Source: Candidatus Zixiibacteriota bacterium (GTDB lineage: Bacteria > Zixibacteria > MSB-5A5 > CAIYYT01). From it: a DNA stretch of 32,434 bases. Made by a program: the position numbers and the translations under genes. The stretch is from positions 1 through 32,434 of the forward strand of contig JBECKX010000008.1 of NCBI GenBank assembly GCA_040235515.1, given 5' to 3'. The notes below the pieces were generated by a model. That model saw only the letters and a list, made by a program, of their open reading frames with translations, made no database searches and was not told where the DNA came from. Shown piece after piece: positions 27,895 to 32,434 of this stretch. The first letter of the stretch is position 1; every line of letters starts with the position of its first letter.

Positions 27895-29811
27895 TCAGTC
27901 ATTCACTACCTCATAGTCAGCCTCAACGCTGCCGCCCGAGGGCTCACTCTTCTGGCGCCCACCACCCTGGCCGTTTTGACCATTCGGCGATGCTCCCGCT
28001 TGCGACTGCTGTGTCTGCTGATACAACTGCGCTGCGGCAGTCTGCATCAGGTTCTGCAACTTCTCGCTCTCCGCTTTCATCGCAGCAGTGTCGGAGCCGC
28101 GGATCACTTCCTTCACCTTCTCGATCTGCGACTCAATCTCAGACTTAGTCCCGGCTTCGATTTTCTCACCATTCTCGCGAATGAACTTCTCCGCCTGGAA
28201 CGCCGCCGAATCGGCCTGGTTGCGGATATCCACCTGCTCGCGCCGCTTCCTGTCTTCAGCGGCATGAGCTTGGGCATCCTTCACCATCTTGTCGATCTCA
28301 GCCTGGGACAAACCGGAGCTTGCCTCGATCTTGATCTTCTGCTCCTTGCCGGTCCCAAGGTCGCGCGCCGACACGTTCAGGATTCCGTTCGCGTCGATGT
28401 CAAACGTCACCTCGATCTGCGGCACACCACGCGGTGCCGGCGGGATACCATCGAGCAGGAACTTGCCGATCGTCCTGTTGTCGATGGCCATTTCACGCTC
28501 GCCCTGAAGCACATGGATGTCGACAGCCGGCTGGTTGTCCTCCGCAGTCGAGAACACCTGCTGCTTCTTGGTCGGAATCGTCGTATTGCGCTCGATCAGC
28601 TTCGTGAACACTCCACCAAGCGTTTCAATCCCGAGCGACAGCGGGGTCACGTCGAGCAGAAGCACATCCTTTACGTCGCCGGTCAGGACACCACCCTGAA
28701 TCGCAGCGCCAACCGCTACAACCTCATCCGGGTTAACGCCCTTCTTCGCCTCACGACCGAAGAACTTCTCCACTTCCTCGACAACCTTCGGCATGCGGGT
28801 CATACCGCCCACCAGCACGACGTCATCGATATCGGCAGCCTTCAGCTTTGCATCATCGAGCGCCCTCTGGCACGGTTCCATTGCCCTCGTAATCAGATCC
28901 TCGGCCATCCCCTCGTACTTGGCGCGCGTGAGCGTCAGATTGAGATGCTTCGGGCCATCCTGGTCAGCCGTGACGAACGGCAGGTTGATGCTTGTTTCCT
29001 TGGTGGATGACAGCTCAATCTTCGCTTTCTCGGCGGCTTCCTTCAAGCGTTGCAGCGCCATCGGATCCTTGCTTAAGTCGATTCCATCGCTCTTCTTGAA
29101 CTCCGCCACCATCCAGTCGATGATCCGCTTATCGAAATCATCACCGCCGAGATGCGTGTCGCCATTGGTCGAAAGTACTTCGAATACACCATCCCCGATT
29201 TCGAGGATCGAGATATCGAACGTGCCACCGCCAAGGTCGAACACCGCGATCTTCTTGTTCTCCTTCTTGTCGAGACCATACGCCAGCGACGCCGCCGTCG
29301 GCTCGTTGATGATGCGCATCACCTCAAGCCCGGCAATCTTTCCGGCATCCTTCGTCGCCTGTCGTTGCGAGTCGTTGAAGTATGCCGGTACCGTAATAAC
29401 CGCCTTGTTGACCTTCTGGCCGAGGTAATCCTCGGCAGCCTGCTTCATCTTGGCGAGTATCATTCCGCTGATTTCCTGCGGGGTGTAATCCTTACCATCG
29501 ATTTCGATCACCGCCAGACCACCGCTCCCCTTCTTAACCTTGTACGGGAAGTTCTTGATCTCCTCGGTTACCTCATCGAAGCGGCGACCCATGAATCGCT
29601 TCACCGAAAACACCGTCTTCATCGGGTTCGTGATCGCCTGGCGCTTGGCCACCTGCCCCACCAGTTTCTCCCCGCTCTTGCTGAAACCAACCACCGAGGG
29701 AGTCGTGCGGTTGCCCTCCGGATTGGGGATCACGACCGGCTCGTTACCCTCCATAACGGAGAGGCACGAGTTGGTTGTTCCCAGGTCGATGCCAATGATT
29801 TTTTCACTCAT
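27895..29811 (-). CDS. dnaK: Molecular chaperone DnaK
   Basis: [65 protein letters not shown]-terminus. Confidence 0.99.
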   Translation of the reverse strand: MSEKIIGIDLGTTNSCLSVMEGNEPVVIPNPEGNRTTPSVVGFSKSGEKLVGQVAKRQAITNPMKTVFSVKRFMGRRFDEVTEEIKNFPYKVKKGSGGLAVIEIDGKDYTPQEISGMILAKMKQAAEDYLGQKVNKAVITVPAYFNDSQRQATKDAGKIAGLEVMRIINEPTAASLAYGLDKKENKKIAVFDLGGGTFDISILEIGDGVFEVLSTNGDTHLGGDDFDKRIIDWMVAEFKKSDGIDLSKDPMALQRLKEAAEKAKIELSSTKETSINLPFVTADQDGPKHLNLTLTRAKYEGMAEDLITRAMEPCQRALDDAKLKAADIDDVVLVGGMTRMPKVVEEVEKFFGREAKKGVNPDEVVAVGAAIQGGVLTGDVKDVLLLDVTPLSLGIETLGGVFTKLIERNTTIPTKKQQVFSTAEDNQPAVDIHVLQGEREMAIDNRTIGKFLLDGIPPAPRGVPQIEVTFDIDANGILNVSARDLGTGKEQKIKIEASSGLSQAEIDKMVKDAQAHAAEDRKRREQVDIRNQADSAAFQAEKFIRENGEKIEAGTKSEIESQIEKVKEVIRGSDTAAMKAESEKLQNLMQTAAAQLYQQTQQSQAGASPNGQNGQGGGRQKSEPSGGSVEADYEVVND

Positions 29812-29871
29812 ATCTTCATTCTCCTATCTTCGTTCACTTTCGATTCTCATTCCCTGCTTGCCGTCGTAGTA

Positions 29872-29906
29872 AAGCCCGCCCCGAGCGATTCGTTCGAGGC
29901 GGGCTT
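29872..29906 (-). terminator. Hairpin/terminator between hsp20 and dnaK
   Basis: Minus strand AAGCCCGCCTCGAACG-aat-CGCTCGGGGCGGGCTT, then a short T run. Confidence 0.55.
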
Positions 29907-30005
29907 GGACGCTTGATCCTGATGCATTCCTCTAGACAGTCCAGGTCAGGATCAATACTGACGATCTATGTGTAAAGGCACGGTTCGTTGAGCACCGTCG
30001 GGAAC

Positions 30006-30449
30006 TTACCCGACACTTACCTCGATCTGTTTCGGCTTCATCTCCTCAGCCTTGGGGATCGTGATCTCAAGGACACCATTCTTGTAGTTGGCCTTGATTT
30101 CTTCCGCCTTGACATCCTTCGGCAGCGTCACCGAGCGGCTGAATTTGCCGTACACGCGCTCGACGTAGCACCAGTTCTTGGAGTCCTCTTGCTTCTCGAG
30201 CTTGCGCTCACCACTCACGGTCAGAGCGTTGTCCTCGAACTTGACGCTGATCTGATCCTTCTCCATGCCCGGAAGATCGAACGAGACGACATAATCATCA
30301 TCATGCTCGTTCACATCCACACGCGGTGACCAACCCTCGGTGGTGGGGAGTGATCCGCCATTGAAGAGGTCCTCGAAAAGTCTTTCAAAACCTGAGTTGA
30401 GTAGACCAAAACGGTTTCTCGGTTTGCTTACTGTGAGATACATTGTCAT
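30006..30449 (-). CDS. Hsp20/alpha-crystallin small heat shock protein
   Basis: WSPRVDV, DLPGMEK, LTVSGERK, ERVYGKFSRSVTLP, ANYKNGVLEITIPK, C-terminal IEV. Confidence 0.96.
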   Translation of the reverse strand: MTMYLTVSKPRNRFGLLNSGFERLFEDLFNGGSLPTTEGWSPRVDVNEHDDDYVVSFDLPGMEKDQISVKFEDNALTVSGERKLEKQEDSKNWCYVERVYGKFSRSVTLPKDVKAEEIKANYKNGVLEITIPKAEEMKPKQIEVSVG

Positions 30450-30546
30450 TCCTCCTAATATCTTGAACTCTTAAGTTCTGTTTCTTCGAGCCCCGGCAGC
30501 GCTTCCGACTTCTGCCGGACTCATCAATCTTTCGACTCATATTAAA

Positions 30547-30561
30547 GCAACGCGCGTGCCA
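30547..30561 (-). promoter_or_regulatory. Sigma-54 (-24/-12) promoter for hsp20-dnaK
   Basis: Minus strand TGGCAC-GCGCG-TTGC, an exact consensus match, about 100 bp upstream of the hsp20 ATG. Confidence 0.85.
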
Positions 30562-30640
30562 AAAGCTCGTCATTGGCCTTAACTTATTGCAGTACAGGAT
30601 ATTATGGTTAAGGGGGAGTGTGGGCTAACGTGAGTCGCCG

Positions 30641-30695
30641 CTGTCAAATTGGCAGTGCAACTGCCAAAGACAAGCCAAACCTGTCAAGTTGTCAG
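30641..30695. promoter_or_regulatory. Putative upstream activator sites for a sigma-54 enhancer-binding protein
   Basis: CTGTCA-aat-TGGCAG (30641), CTGCCA half-site (30661), CTGTCA-agt-TGTCAG (30681): exact 20-bp phasing. Confidence 0.65.
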
Positions 30696-30726
30696 GCAGC
30701 GTCTGGCAGGATCTGAGTTGGGCAAA

Positions 30727-31878
30727 CTATGATGGGATGCGTGAGCGGGGTCCGAACGCGAAAAGCTTGCGAGATGTCGTAGTGACGAAGACGATACCGT
30801 CGATGACCGCTGGTGATGACTTAATCGAGCCCTTCACTTCATGCTGCCACAGCAGATTCCCCTCCAGGTCAAGTTGAGCGATCACGCCACCGCTGTTCGC
30901 CACAACCACGCTCTTGCCGGCTATGACCGGCGAAGCCTGCACGATCGCCTCGGTATCGTAAGTCCAGAGCATCCCCCCATCCCGGGAATTGAGGCAGTAG
31001 ATGTTGCGGTCGTCGCTGCCGAAAATCAATTGATCACCGGCTAATGCCGGTGTCGTGTGTATCGGACCGGCAGCCTCGAAGTACCACACGACGCTACCAT
31101 CATTACGATCGAAGACGTAAAGCTTGCCGTCGGCCGACCCGCAGTAGACTCGATCCTCGATCAATGGTTGTGCATAGATGGTGCCATCAGTCGCAATCTC
31201 CCACCTGATCTCACCCGTGGCACGCTCCAGACAATGCAGCACGCCATCCGCGGTTCCGATGACAACTACTTCATCATCCACGGCAGGCTCTGAGTAGATC
31301 TGCGAGTCAAATCGGTGCACCCAGGTTGTGTCACCCCGAAAGCGGTTCAAGTTGAAGAGCGTACCCATCCGCTCAGAGACAAAAAGGTCGTCACCGGCAA
31401 GAATGGGCGAGGTCTCCGAATCGCGTAGCTTCCGCGTGAACACTACCTTGCCGTTGATCAGATTGAGGCAGGTCAGCCGGTCTGCACCAACAGACTCAAT
31501 GAAATAGACCAGTTCATCCTTCACAGCAGCGGATGTTTCCATCGAGGCATCGGTCGCAAATGAGGTAATCTCCTTGCCATCTTGCGGTCGCAGGAAGTAC
31601 ACACGCTTATTGAATGTCGGGACGACGATGAAGTCGCGATTCCCTACCACCTGCGCCGTGATCCCGCCGTTCAGTTTCCTCTCATACAGCAAAGTATCAA
31701 TTACCAGCTTCTTACCATCGACAATAGCATTTCCAGAAGCATCCACACGATGTTGAGTAAAGCCTGTAGTACCTTTGGGTACTTGTTTGAACTTGTGGAA
31801 GCTGGGAGCACAGGCGGAGAGAGCAAGAGAGGCAAGAAGGATAGTCGCGTAAGTCAGCGTGAGCTTCAAGGATGTCAT
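30727..31878 (-). CDS. PQQ-like beta-propeller lipoprotein (BamB-like)
   Basis: Start reassigned to ATG 31878 (overlaps the upstream stop, ATGA). Lipobox LSAC; repeated GxxDG..L...G...W blades. Confidence 0.85.
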   Translation of the reverse strand: MTSLKLTLTYATILLASLALSACAPSFHKFKQVPKGTTGFTQHRVDASGNAIVDGKKLVIDTLLYERKLNGGITAQVVGNRDFIVVPTFNKRVYFLRPQDGKEITSFATDASMETSAAVKDELVYFIESVGADRLTCLNLINGKVVFTRKLRDSETSPILAGDDLFVSERMGTLFNLNRFRGDTTWVHRFDSQIYSEPAVDDEVVVIGTADGVLHCLERATGEIRWEIATDGTIYAQPLIEDRVYCGSADGKLYVFDRNDGSVVWYFEAAGPIHTTPALAGDQLIFGSDDRNIYCLNSRDGGMLWTYDTEAIVQASPVIAGKSVVVANSGGVIAQLDLEGNLLWQHEVKGSIKSSPAVIDGIVFVTTTSRKLFAFGPRSRIPS

Positions 31879-32417
31879 TCTGCTTCTCCATAGAGTCGGC
31901 GATAAAGAAGGTCGAATTCTCGAGGTTTCACGCCTTTCACTTCCAGGTTCTCCATATCGAACAGGTACTGAGTTGCTAGATCTAGCTCCCATTCTGTGGC
32001 ACCTGAGAGCATCGCTAGGCTATCTACAACTGCGGTGTCCTTGGTCGCTCCAGACAACAAGTCAAGGTATGCCGTTGCTACTTTCTGCCTGTCCCTCAAC
32101 CGTGTCGCATCATGAAGCAGCCCAACAACTAAGGAGACATTTTTTGACGTCTCAATATCAAGAAGTGCATCAAGCGAGTCCTTCGATCTAATCAAGTCAT
32201 TGAACAACACAATCGCACTATCGAGCTTCGCAATCGACATCGTATCAATCTGCGTCTGCGATATCTTGAAGTTTGATTCGCTACCAAACAGCTCCATCTG
32301 CTTAACATAGGCCACCTTCCTCGCCGACATCGGACCCGGCTTGAAGATTACCAGATAAAGCGTCAGTGCGATCGCAATCGCGAGCACTATAAAAACGATA
32401 TACTTGCCCTTCATCAT
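31875..32417 (-). CDS. Hypothetical membrane-anchored protein
   Basis: N-terminal hydrophobic helix, helical body, translationally coupled to the propeller gene. Confidence 0.65.
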   Translation of the reverse strand: MMKGKYIVFIVLAIAIALTLYLVIFKPGPMSARKVAYVKQMELFGSESNFKISQTQIDTMSIAKLDSAIVLFNDLIRSKDSLDALLDIETSKNVSLVVGLLHDATRLRDRQKVATAYLDLLSGATKDTAVVDSLAMLSGATEWELDLATQYLFDMENLEVKGVKPREFDLLYRRLYGEAE

Positions 32418-32434
32418 CGTCGGACTTTTGCTAA

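Noticed and set aside
27976..29916. Long plus-strand ORFs (344 aa and 254 aa) antisense to dnaK
   Set aside because: Well-known antisense shadow frames of hsp70 genes in GC-rich genomes.
31879..31992. N-terminal extension of the PQQ-propeller ORF
   Set aside because: Overlaps the upstream CDS; the signal peptide starts at ATG 31878.

Overview
A GC-rich bacterial chromosomal window with mostly minus-strand genes; the gene content suggests a diderm FCB-group/Zixibacteria-like organism (inference only). Left part: two tandem GWxTD-type proteins, a Yip1-TolC-MFP-ATPase-2x permease (MacAB/YknWXYZ-like) exporter, a lipoprotein, a divergent zinc-ribbon/PEGA/TPR membrane protein, and the housekeeping run dtd-maf-rodZ-hyp-smc-ftsY-yjbQ-rlmH. 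Right part: a BamB-like PQQ-propeller lipoprotein and hsp20-dnaK behind a clear sigma-54 promoter with phased upstream palindromes. Between them (about 20.9-27.9 kb) is an accessory region. It holds several families of REP-like palindromes, an AT-richer lipoprotein + P-loop ATPase pair bracketed by identical inverted 24-bp REPs, and a ~300-bp tandem duplication. It also holds a 766-aa secreted S74-chaperone fibre protein whose Ca-loop repeat scaffold carries a protein-invariant but codon-scrambled peptide (CSxAIKTKGTGAD[KR]NRV x4) and an out-of-place pilin-like motif. That mosaic fibre protein is the best candidate for an undescribed system. No rRNA, tRNA, CRISPR array or transposase was seen.
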